The position numbers and the translations under genes are program-made. From the NCBI GenBank assembly GCA_003645455.1, contig QNFE01000004.1:3406-67405 (forward strand): a DNA stretch of 64,000 bases. The letters run 5' to 3'. This document shows positions 1 through 9,400 of the stretch, in pieces. Within the stretch, counting starts at the first letter, position 1. The number at the start of each line of letters is the position of its first letter. The notes under the pieces are model-generated. The model made no database searches. It had not been told where the DNA came from and saw nothing but the letters and a program-made list of their open reading frames with translations. The stretch is from Gammaproteobacteria bacterium. GTDB lineage: Bacteria > Pseudomonadota > Gammaproteobacteria > QNFE01.

Positions 1-341
1 ATAACGATATAATTTTCTTGTTTTTTGTCCTCTTTTTTGAAGATTAAATAATCAATTTTTACCGATATATTTTGCATAAAACTTTGCAAACAACGATTGC
101 AAATCAAAGGCATAGACGATACAATTTTTCCTTTAACAAAAAAATGAGAACCATTATCGTCCTCCAATGCAGAAAAATCTAATCTAACATTTATAACAAA
201 ATCATCATCAATAACAATTTCATCTGACAAATATTCTTTTAATCTGCGACAATGACGCAACAACAAAACCCCTTGCAATGATTCCCCTGCAAGACACATT
301 TTAAAAGGATCAATTTTAACTGGTAGTTTGTTGATAGTCAT
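1..341 (-). CDS. yceD: YceD/DUF177 family protein, N-terminal part (continues beyond window start)
   Basis: Minus-strand ATG at 341..339 gives MTINKLPVKIDPFKMCLAGESLQG...CNRCLQSF with no stop before position 1. The KLP..DP start and the C-x-R-C motif are typical of DUF177/YceD. The start overlaps the hsdR stop (TAATG). Confidence 0.5.
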   Translation of the reverse strand, partial: MTINKLPVKIDPFKMCLAGESLQGVLLLRHCRRLKEYLSDEIVIDDDFVINVRLDFSALEDDNGSHFFVKGKIVSSMPLICNRCLQSFMQNISVKIDYLIFKKEDKKQENYIV

Positions 342-2710
342 TAGCCAGTTTTTTGATACAGATGTTGTTGAAAATCAACAAACAATTGTTTTATCTGGGT
401 GTTGTTTCCAAGTATTTTTGTAGCATCGTCAAGTGATTGATATTTATTTTCTAATAAAATTGGCAATTTATCTTGGTTAAGTTCTTCAAAACCTATCCGG
501 ATATATTTATCTAAGACAAAATCAATAAACTCTTGTTGTTGTGAATTTAAAAATGTTAAAATTTTATTTTTGTTGTTGGCAACTCTTGTGTGGCGACTAA
601 TCGGCTTGGTATCACTGTTAAAAACATACATCAAAACATCAAATAAATCGCTATTTTCGGCATCAATAAGTTTTTTTAAATTATGCAAATCTGGTAGCGA
701 AAAACCTGCATCATCTAATTTATTTAAAAGTGTTTTGCGAGTCATAGGGTTTGCCCATAATTTTTGTAATTCATCCTCATTTTTAAAAAGCTCTGGCAAC
801 TTGCCAAATAAATTATTTAAAAATGTCTGTGTTGATATTGGTTTACCATCACTATTGTAAAATAATGTTGATTGAATATATTTAATCTCTCGCTCTTTGC
901 CATCTTTTAGTTTTATCACAACTTTTTTGGAGCATATGCAAGGCATTTGCTCACACTTGTCGCAAATTACTGGGTCTTTTTCTTCTCCTTCTTCTTCCTC
1001 TTTTGGTTCATCTGGTGTGGGCTTGCTGATTATAATCTCAACAGGTTCTCCGTCCCATTCCGGGTCTGAAAATCTTTGATAGCTATCGACAAAATCATAA
1101 ATAGTAAAAAATTCTTTACCCTCAAAAAGACGCGTGCCACGACCGATAATTTGTTTAAATTCTACCATTTGATTAACAGGACGCATCAACACTATGTTGC
1201 GAATATTACGTGCATCGACTCCTGTGGATAGTTTTTGTGAAGTTGTTAAAATTGTCGGAATCATCTTTTCGTTGTCTTGAAACTCCCTTAAAAATCTCTC
1301 ACCTATTTCGCCATCATTGGCAGTTACTCGCACACAATAATTTAGATCTTTATTATTTTTAATTTGGTTGATGAGGTCACGCACCAAAGCCGCATGCTCT
1401 TGGGTGGCACAAAAAACAAGAGTTTTGTCATTCTCATTTATTTGTTGCATAAAAATTTGCACTCTTTTTTTCTCACGAGCTTTTATTTCAATCTTGCGAT
1501 TAAAATCACGCTCTTCATATAGTTTGTTTTCGGTAATATCTCCTGTAATAATTTCATCATCATCGGTATAAATATAATCATCTAAGGTGGTAGTGATTCT
1601 TTTTATTTTAAATGGGGTTAAAAAACCATCGTTAATACCCTCCTTTAAGGTATAACTATACACAGGCTCGCCAAAATAATTATAAGTATCGATATTTTCA
1701 TCTCTTTTGGGGGTGGCTGTCAGCCCCAATTGCACCGCAGGCGCAAAATAATTTAAAATATCTCGCCAGCTACTCTCATCATTCGCCCCACCACGATGGC
1801 ATTCATCAATAATAATAAGATCAAAAAAATCAGCAGGATATTCGCCAAAGCTTGGTAAAGGTTCGCCGTTTTCATCTGATCCGCTCATAAAAGATTGAAA
1901 GATAGTAAAAAATATACTGCCATTTGTTGGCACTTTGCCTTTTTTTCTTATCTCTTGTGGTTTGATTCTAACTATGGCATCTCTGGCAAATGCTCCAAAC
2001 GCACCCAAAGCTTGGTCGGCAAGAATATTGCGGTCTGCCAAAAATAATATCCTCGGTCTCCTTGATTGATAGTTATTTTTATCATCCATTGCAGAGAGGT
2101 TCCATCTGGCATAAAATAACTTCCAAGCGATTTGAAAAGCGATGGCAGTTTTGCCAGTGCCTGTGGCAAGATTTAATAAGATTCGTTTTTTATTTTGAAT
2201 GATAGCCTCAAGAGTCCTTTTAATCGCAATTTCTTGATAATATCGCAAATGCCAAGTGCCAGATTTATCTTCAAAAGGAACAGCCGCAAATTTTGTCCGC
2301 CAAGTATTTTGTTTTTGATATAATTTGCCCCATAATTGATCTGGGCTGGGATATTTTTTGACTATTTGCTCGGTGCCTGTTTTTAAACAAATTTCATAAA
2401 TCTGTTTGCCATTGGTGGCATAACTATAATCTAAACATAATTTTTTGGCATATAATTTTGCCTGAGCTACGCCCTCTCCCACAGCTAATTCATCTTTTTT
2501 TGCCTCTACAACGGCTAATTTTATGCCACGATATACCAAAATATAATCAGCAATCAGAGCAGTTCCTCGTCTGCCACCGACAGTAATTTTGCCATCGGTG
2601 ATTTTGCAAACATCCCGCTCACGCAAAATTTTTGCCCCATCTACTACACCCCAACCTGCCATTTTCAAGGCAGGATCAATTAACTCCGCTCTGGTTTCTG
2701 ATTCATTCAT
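341..2710 (-). CDS. hsdR: Type I restriction enzyme R subunit (HsdR)
   Basis: The N-terminus MNESETRAELIDPALKMAGW is the classic HsdR start. DEAD/DEAH helicase motifs are present (GTGKT, IIIDECHRG), and it lies downstream of hsdM/hsdS on the same strand. Confidence 0.85.
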   Translation of the reverse strand: MNESETRAELIDPALKMAGWGVVDGAKILRERDVCKITDGKITVGGRRGTALIADYILVYRGIKLAVVEAKKDELAVGEGVAQAKLYAKKLCLDYSYATNGKQIYEICLKTGTEQIVKKYPSPDQLWGKLYQKQNTWRTKFAAVPFEDKSGTWHLRYYQEIAIKRTLEAIIQNKKRILLNLATGTGKTAIAFQIAWKLFYARWNLSAMDDKNNYQSRRPRILFLADRNILADQALGAFGAFARDAIVRIKPQEIRKKGKVPTNGSIFFTIFQSFMSGSDENGEPLPSFGEYPADFFDLIIIDECHRGGANDESSWRDILNYFAPAVQLGLTATPKRDENIDTYNYFGEPVYSYTLKEGINDGFLTPFKIKRITTTLDDYIYTDDDEIITGDITENKLYEERDFNRKIEIKAREKKRVQIFMQQINENDKTLVFCATQEHAALVRDLINQIKNNKDLNYCVRVTANDGEIGERFLREFQDNEKMIPTILTTSQKLSTGVDARNIRNIVLMRPVNQMVEFKQIIGRGTRLFEGKEFFTIYDFVDSYQRFSDPEWDGEPVEIIISKPTPDEPKEEEEGEEKDPVICDKCEQMPCICSKKVVIKLKDGKEREIKYIQSTLFYNSDGKPISTQTFLNNLFGKLPELFKNEDELQKLWANPMTRKTLLNKLDDAGFSLPDLHNLKKLIDAENSDLFDVLMYVFNSDTKPISRHTRVANNKNKILTFLNSQQQEFIDFVLDKYIRIGFEELNQDKLPILLENKYQSLDDATKILGNNTQIKQLFVDFQQHLYQKTG

Positions 2711-2721
2711 TTTTTTATTTT

Positions 2722-2985
2722 CTATTCAGTAAACATTGTATCCTTGTGCCAATTTATAGGATTATTTACAATGTATTCCGCTATTTCATTATATGATTTT
2801 TCATCTCGTATAATATGCTCCCAATAATTTCGTTGCCAAATTCGTTTATCAAACGGAGGCAAAATACCATTTTTAACCATTTTAATATATTCTATCGTAG
2901 TGTATCGTTTAAATGTTTGAACAACCGTGCCAATCGTAGGGGCGGATTCTATATCCGCCCGTTTATGGTGTTCCGCATTCGTCAA
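2722..2985 (-). pseudogene. Truncated REP-associated tyrosine transposase (RAYT / IS200-like Y1) C-terminal half, fused to a REP doublet
   Basis: The C-terminus QRNYWEHIIRDEKSYNEIAEYIVNNPINW matches the conserved RAYT/IS200 C-terminal block, and TIGTVVQTFKRYTT matches the preceding block. The N-terminal catalytic HuH/Tyr half is missing. The first ~17 codons (MTNAEHHKRADIESAPT) are read from the REP palindrome itself. Confidence 0.55.
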
Positions 2986-3036
2986 TTTTTTAAAATCCGT
3001 ATTATCGCGGGCGGATATGGAATCCGCCCCTACATC
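2927..3036. repeat. REP/BIME-like palindromic doublet, copy 1
   Basis: Two hairpin units GTAGGGGCGGATTC(T/C)ATATCCGCCCG (stem GGGCGGAT/ATCCGCCC) lie in inverted orientation around a ~50-nt spacer. Near-identical copies occur at 3888..4023 and 4738..4873. Confidence 0.75.
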
Positions 3037-3109
3037 AAATTGATTGTTTAAATAATTTTTATCTGAAACTATTTTTCTTCCTATCTCTTTTTCTGTGTTC
3101 TCTCGTGCA

Positions 3110-3856
3110 TCACCTGCAACTTTGCCTCCTCATGTTGGCAACATTCTTATTTTCATTAAATGTTTTAGGTTTTTCATTTTGAGATATTTCTGTTGTAACT
3201 CGTTCGCCTAACATTGTAAAAATCAACTCCAAATCATCCATATTGTCACGAAGATTAACACCAGACTTTGCTGGTAAATTTTTAAAATCTTTATATTCAC
3301 TTGGCGTCATACCAAAAGTAGCCTTAGATATTTCGGCAGTTAAAATTGCATAATCCCTATGCTCTTTTACGCCTCGCTCTTGCCATTCATCGGTTAAATT
3401 TTGGCGAATAGCAATCCCTCGCAATCGTTTATCAATCCAATCTTTTGGATAACCCTTTTGCTCATAAATTTCTTTCATTCGCTCTTGGGCAAGTTCTGGG
3501 TTTTCTATCTCGTCCAATCTATCTTGCCCCACCTGTGCTAACCACATTTTAAACGGCTCTGCTTTTTTTGATGGAATTGATTGAATTAAACGAAAAATAT
3601 CTTTTATATTTCCTGCAAGTATTTTTCTATTTTTACCAGATAATGTTTGCATCTCTACCTGGGGACAATTTGTCCCTAAGTAGGTTTTTAACTCTTCATC
3701 TCGTTTTCTTATTTTTTTGAGATAATCAGTAGGATTTTTGCTATCAGATAAAATCGCAACAACATCAACCAAAGAATAATGCCACTCTTCATTATGCCAT
3801 GCTCTGCGAATATTTTTGTCTTGAAAAACAATAAGTTTGTTTTGTTGGTTATCCAT
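3110..3856 (-). CDS. Bro-N domain / DinD-like DNA-damage-inducible protein
   Basis: The N-terminal IRRAWHNEEWHYSLVDVVAIL resembles a Bro-N/KilA-N motif. Its size and its position between hsdS and hsdR are typical of dinD/rhuM-type insertions in Type I R-M loci. Assignment is from recalled family patterns only. Confidence 0.45.
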   Translation of the reverse strand: MDNQQNKLIVFQDKNIRRAWHNEEWHYSLVDVVAILSDSKNPTDYLKKIRKRDEELKTYLGTNCPQVEMQTLSGKNRKILAGNIKDIFRLIQSIPSKKAEPFKMWLAQVGQDRLDEIENPELAQERMKEIYEQKGYPKDWIDKRLRGIAIRQNLTDEWQERGVKEHRDYAILTAEISKATFGMTPSEYKDFKNLPAKSGVNLRDNMDDLELIFTMLGERVTTEISQNEKPKTFNENKNVANMRRQSCR

Positions 3857-3887
3857 TTTTTTATTTTCTATTTGTTAAAAGCATTAT

Positions 3888-4023
3888 ATCATTGTGCCAA
3901 TCGTAGGGGCGGATTCCATATCCGCCCGTTTATGGTGTTCCGCATTCATCAATTTTTTAAAATCCGTATTGTTGCGGGCGGATATGGAATCCGCCCCTAC
4001 ATTTAATTTATCGTCGTTGGATA
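3888..4023. repeat. REP/BIME-like palindromic doublet, copy 2 (extended ~136 bp unit)
   Basis: ATCATTGTGCCAATCGTAGGGGCGGATTCCATATCCGCCCG...CGGGCGGATATGGAATCCGCCCCTACATTTAATTTATCGTCGTTGGAT. It is ~98% identical to copy 3. Confidence 0.8.
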
Positions 4024-4044
4024 ATTTTTGCCCCATTTTTATAG

Positions 4045-4623
4045 TTATAATTCTCCATTAAATGCTTGTTGCAAGATTGATTTTTGTAATTCTACTACAT
4101 TTTTTGTTTTTTGTTGATATATTTTTGTTAATTCTTGAGTTTGCTTTGATAATTTATCTAATTTTTTGACGATTTGTTGTTGTTCGGCAAGTGGCGGGAT
4201 TGGTATTTTTATTTGACCAATTTGATTTTTGTTGATTGAGTTAAATACGGCACCAGTGTTACCAATAATTTCTTTTTGGTGTTTTTTTAAAAAATAAAAA
4301 ATAAAATCTTTATCTACTGATTTTCTGACTCTGATTGAAGCTAAACCTCTGCCTATACATATTGTTTGGGTTGCAAAATTTACAGGTCCGACAGGTGCAC
4401 GAACAGACATCAAAATATCATTTATAATTGCTTTTTTGGTAATTTTTGTAGTCCATTTTGTAGGTTCGCCTATAAAATTTTTGGTAAATTCTTTTTTCCC
4501 TTGATAAAAAGGCATTCCATTTCCATCATTATTGTAGTATTTACTTTCAGGTGATTGTCCTGCAATTATCTCACAAATATCGCCGAGTTTTTTCTCTTGC
4601 CATTCGCCATTTTCAATTTTCAA
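4045..4623 (-). CDS. hsdS: Type I R-M specificity subunit HsdS, half-size (single target-recognition domain)
   Basis: It starts with the HsdS N-terminal motif (GEWQEKKLGDICEI). It has one TRD followed by the conserved HsdS helical block LPIPPLAEQQQIVKKLDKL..LQKSILQQAFNGEL. At 192 aa it is about half of a normal ~400 aa HsdS. The predicted start is TTG. Confidence 0.7.
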   Translation of the reverse strand: MKIENGEWQEKKLGDICEIIAGQSPESKYYNNDGNGMPFYQGKKEFTKNFIGEPTKWTTKITKKAIINDILMSVRAPVGPVNFATQTICIGRGLASIRVRKSVDKDFIFYFLKKHQKEIIGNTGAVFNSINKNQIGQIKIPIPPLAEQQQIVKKLDKLSKQTQELTKIYQQKTKNVVELQKSILQQAFNGEL

Positions 4624-4737
4624 TTTTCAATTCTCCATTGTTTTAAATGTTTTTTTATTTGCCAACCTTTTTTTAGTTGACGATTAGTTTTTGCATTTTC
4701 AATTTTCAACTCCGCCTCCGTTTGTTTTTAATTCGTT

Positions 4738-4873
4738 ATCATTGTGCCAATCGTAGGGGCGGATTCCATATCCGCCCGTTTATGGTGTTCCACATTCATC
4801 AATTTTTTAAAATCCGTATTATTGCGGGCGGATATGGAATCCGCCCCTACATTTAATTTATCGTCGTTGGATT
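4738..4873. repeat. REP/BIME-like palindromic doublet, copy 3
   Basis: Same ~136-bp unit as copy 2, lying between hsdM and hsdS. Confidence 0.8.
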
Positions 4874-4888
4874 ATTTGTTTTTGTTTT

Positions 4889-6346
4889 TCACAATAAACC
4901 TTTAATTTCTTTTAAAATATTTGCACTTTTTTGATCCAATTCTGCCATATTTTTTAATATTTCGGCAGGTTTTCGCAATGGTGTCTCTTGTGGTGCATTG
5001 GGGTTTTTGGCGGACAAATCATAGGTTTTTTGGTCTAATTTTTCAGTATTTATTATCCACGAATTTGGGCTTGTTTTTTTGGTTTTTTGCAATTTTAAAA
5101 ATTCGCTTAAATCATTAGTATTTAATGGATTGGTTTTGCCAAGGTTGCGCTCTAAATTCAACTGATAAAACCAAATATCTGTGGTGGGTTTGCCTTTTTT
5201 GAAAAACAACACGACTGTTTTTACCCCGGCCCCTGTGAATGTGCCAGACGGTAAATCCAAAATTGTATGCAAGTTGCATGAATTTAATAACTCGTGTCGC
5301 AAAGCGATTGAGGCATTATCAGTATTGCTTAAAAATGTATTTTTTATGACAACTCCTGCCTTGCCACCTGCTTTGAGGATTTTTATAAAATGTTGTAAAA
5401 AAAGCGAGGCGGTCTCGCCGGTTTTAATAGGGAAGTTTTGTTGCACCTCGGCTCGCTCTTTGCCGCCAAATGGTGGGTTTGCTAAAATTATATCATAACG
5501 GTCTTTTTGTTGGATATCGTTGATATTCTCTGACAGGGTATTGGTGTGGATAATGTTAGGGGCTGATATGCCGTGCAAAATCATATTCATAATGCCGATA
5601 ATATAAGCTAATGATTTTTTTTCTTTGCCGTAAAAAGTTTTTTGTTGTAATGTTGTGGTGTCACTTGTGGATAACCCACCTGTGGCACTATTTTTTAAAT
5701 AATCAAAAGCTTCAATTAAAAAACCTGCCGAACCTGCCGCTCCATCATAAACTGTGTTGCCTATTTTAGGGCTCACTACGCGGACGATGGTTTTTATCAA
5801 GGCTCGTGGTGTGTAATATTCACCACCATTGCGCCCGGCATTACCCATATTTTTTATTTTGCCCTCATATAGATGGCTCATTTCTAATTGTTCGGCATGG
5901 GTTTTAAAACGCAACTCATTAATAAGATTTATTATCTCTCGTAGGTTATAACCACTTTGAATTCTGTTTTTTAACTCGTTAAAAATTTGCCCTATTTTAT
6001 ATTCAAGGGTATTAGCAGAGCTGGCATTATTTTTGAATTTTTTAAAATATGGGTATAATTTGTTATTAACAAAATCTAATAAATCATCGCCTGTTAAAGA
6101 GTTGTGATCAATTTTACCATTTTTTAATTTGGGGGCAGCCCAGATTTGCCATTGAAACTCTTTTTTAATTATTTGTTGATATTCGGTATCAGACAATTCA
6201 GCAATTTTTATTTTATCTTGCTCCAAATCATCTAAGTATTTTAAAAACAAAACCCACGAGGTCTGCTCGATATAATCTAACTCGCTACTGCATCCTGCAT
6301 CTTTGTGCAAAATATCGTCAATATTTTTAAAAGTTTGGGTAAACAT
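4889..6346 (-). CDS. hsdM: Type I R-M N6-adenine DNA methyltransferase subunit HsdM
   Basis: Carries the N6-adenine MTase catalytic motif NPPFGG (gamma-class layout, as in HsdM). Size and operon context with hsdS/hsdR fit. Confidence 0.9.
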   Translation of the reverse strand: MFTQTFKNIDDILHKDAGCSSELDYIEQTSWVLFLKYLDDLEQDKIKIAELSDTEYQQIIKKEFQWQIWAAPKLKNGKIDHNSLTGDDLLDFVNNKLYPYFKKFKNNASSANTLEYKIGQIFNELKNRIQSGYNLREIINLINELRFKTHAEQLEMSHLYEGKIKNMGNAGRNGGEYYTPRALIKTIVRVVSPKIGNTVYDGAAGSAGFLIEAFDYLKNSATGGLSTSDTTTLQQKTFYGKEKKSLAYIIGIMNMILHGISAPNIIHTNTLSENINDIQQKDRYDIILANPPFGGKERAEVQQNFPIKTGETASLFLQHFIKILKAGGKAGVVIKNTFLSNTDNASIALRHELLNSCNLHTILDLPSGTFTGAGVKTVVLFFKKGKPTTDIWFYQLNLERNLGKTNPLNTNDLSEFLKLQKTKKTSPNSWIINTEKLDQKTYDLSAKNPNAPQETPLRKPAEILKNMAELDQKSANILKEIKGLL

Positions 6347-6368
6347 TTTTTATCCTATTGTTTGTATG

Positions 6369-6394
6369 CGGTCTGATATGGAATCAGCCCCTAC
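6369..6394. repeat. Half-unit of the REP-like element (degenerate)
   Basis: GGTCTGATATGGAATCAGCCCCTACA resembles the right arm of the REP unit. It lies between the hsdM start and the dnaE stop. Confidence 0.5.
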
Positions 6395-6408
6395 ATTTTT
6401 TGTGTTTT

Positions 6409-9400
6409 TTAATGGCATGTTATGCAATTCCAGCCTAATAGGGTTTGGATTTTATCAAAAAATTCCATTTTAGGGTTTATTGTGTAATGTCCTCCAAGTG
6501 ATAGGTTTAATGTGGCTTGTTCGGTTTTGTAAAGAATGCTTATCAGTTTGTCTCCCTTATATTTATTTATTATTTGTTTGAGTTGATTGATTTTCAGGTT
6601 ATCATTATCGGTAATTGTGATTTTTATATTGTTGATATTTTTTGATAAATAGTCATCTATATTTATAATTTGCTCGACACTAAAACGCAAAGTATCACGA
6701 AATTTATCCACCGATAGACTACATTTGCATAATAATAACTGATCTTTTTTATAATTTACCTCAAAAGAATCATATGTTTGTCCTTTGACGGATAGTTCTA
6801 TGAGTGCTGTTTTATCGTCTATCGTAACAAATATTATAGGTCCGGTTTTAAAACTCTTTTTGGTTATTTTAGTGATAAAACCTGCCACTATTACCTGCTC
6901 TTTTTTACTGTATGTGATGTTTTCTGTTTTGTTTTTATTTAAAATCTCTTCAATATTGCCGTCCATAATATTTGATAAAATAGGGGCATATTGTTCGAAA
7001 GGATGACCGCTTAAATATAAATCTAAAAATTTTTTTTCTTCAATTAATAATTTTTGTTTGCTCCATTTTTTAAGATTTTGCCGAACAGCATTTTTGTTTT
7101 GTCCCTCGTTCGTAGAGTTATCATTATCTCTGCCTCCACCAAATAAATCAGACTGTCCGCTTTGTTGGTTTTTAATCTCTTGTTCGGCAGCTCTTATAAT
7201 GCTTGGCATATTGTTTGATAGGATATGACGTTTATCATCGTATTTATCAAAACACCCAGTTTTAATCAACGCCTCCACCACAGCTTTTGTCATAACAAAA
7301 CTTATATTACGAACCAAAAAATCATCTAAGTTTTTATAGTCACCATTTTGCTCTCTATCACTTATAAGTTTGCCGATGGCTTTGCTACCGACACCTTTGA
7401 TAGCACCTAATCCATACATGATTTTATTATCATCAAGAGCATAAAAATCATCGATGCTTTGATTTATATCAGGTGGCATAATCTGCAAACCCATATCATT
7501 ACACTCTTTGATGATTGGTGCTAATTTTTCGGTTTTGCCCTTATCACCTGTTAAAACCTGTGCCATAAAAATAGCAGGATAGTGAAATTTAAGATATGCT
7601 GTCTGCCATGCTATCATCGCATAAGCTACGGAGTGCGATTTATTAAAACCATATTCGGCAAATTTTTCCATATCATCAAAAATTTTACTGGCTAAATTTT
7701 TGTCAATATTATTTTTAACTGCTCCTGTGATAAAAATCTGACGTTGAGATGCCATCTCTTCTTTTTTCTTTTTACCCATGGCACGTCTTAAAATATCTGC
7801 CTCTCCCAGAGAGTATCCTGATAGAATTTGGGCGATTTGCATTACTTGTTCTTGATATAAAATTGTGCCATAGGTGGGGGCGAGTGTATTTTCCAAAGAT
7901 GGATGAGGATACTCTATCTGACTTAATCCATGTTTGCGATTGACAAAATCTACATCCATGCCAGCTCCAAGAGGACCTGGGCGATATAGTGCCACCAGTG
8001 CCACAATATCTTCAAAAACAGATGGTTTTAATTTTTGCATCAGAGATTTCATGCCGGGGGATTCCAACTGAAACACCCCGATAGTTTTAGCTTTGATTAA
8101 AATATTTTCAAAAACCGCTTTGTCATCTGTGGGAATAGTTGAGATATCAATTTTTTCATCATCATTTTTATCTGTATTGATAATTTTTATTGTTTTGTCA
8201 ATAATAGTTAAGTTGCCAAGCCCTAAAAAATCAAATTTTACTAAACCTATCGCTTCAACATCGTCTTTGTCTAATTGGGTGATAAATTTGGCTCCATTGT
8301 CTTCACAATATAACGGCGTAAAATCTGTTAAAGCAGACGGAGCTATGACAACACCACCTGCATGAGTGCTAGCATTACGAGCTAAACCCTCTAATTTTAA
8401 TGCCATATCCCAAACTCTGCGAACGTCTTCTTCATTTTTATAACGCAACGATAACTCTTCACTTTGTTGCATAGCAGAGGATAGAGTAATTCCGATATCA
8501 AGTGGGATAAGTTTTGCTAATCTATCACAAAAAAAATAGGGCAGTTTTAAAACTCTACCAACATCTCGCACCACACCTTTGGCTGCCATTCTGCCATAGG
8601 TTATAATCTGTGATACTTTGTTTTCACCGTATAATTTTGCCACATGAGATATAACCTCATCTCGTCCTTGAGTGCAAAAATCTATATCAAAATCAGGCAA
8701 GGATACTCGCTCTGGATTTAAGAATCTCTCAAATAACAAATCATATTTTAACGGATCTACATCGGTAATTCCCAATACATAAGCGGCGAGCGAACCTGCG
8801 CCTGAACCTCGTCCTGGACCTACCATTATGCCGTTATCTTTGGACCATTGGATAAACTCTGCCACAATCAAAAAATAACCTGCAAAACCCATCTCTTTGA
8901 TTACTTTATTTTCAATTTCAAGTCTCTCGATATAGGGGATTTTTTGCTCGTCAGTAAATTTATTTTTTATCAAAAATTTATCTAATTTATTTTTGGTGGA
9001 TATTAGAAAAAAATCATCTAAATTTTGATTATTTTTTGTGGGAAAATCTGGTAAATAAGTATTGCCAAGTTCAATGGTGACATTACAACGATAGGCGATT
9101 TGCACTGAGTTGTCAATAGCCTCTGGAATATCTCTGAATAATTCCATCATCTGTTTTGAATTTTTAAAAAATTGTTGCTCTGTGTATTTGGTTTTGCGAT
9201 CACCATCATCAAGGTATTCGCCATCTGCTATGCAAACCTTAACCTCATGAGTTTCATAATCATCCTCTATAATAAAACGCACTTTGTTGATGGCAACAAC
9301 TGGAATATCATTTTGTGAACATAACATTAGATTATATTTAATATATAACTCTTCATTCGTCTCGCCAATTCGGCTAATTCCCAGATAAAATCTTTGTGGA

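Noticed and set aside
2815-3051. 78-aa plus-strand ORF (…NRANRRGGFYIRPFMVFRIRQFFKIRIIAGGYGIRPYI…)
   Set aside because: It is the translation of the REP palindromic doublet. A near-identical peptide is produced from repeat copy 2 (ORF 3779..4006), i.e. a repeat artefact, not a gene.
3779-4006. 75-aa plus-strand ORF overlapping dinD-like start and REP copy 2
   Set aside because: Same REP-derived artefact as 2815..3051.
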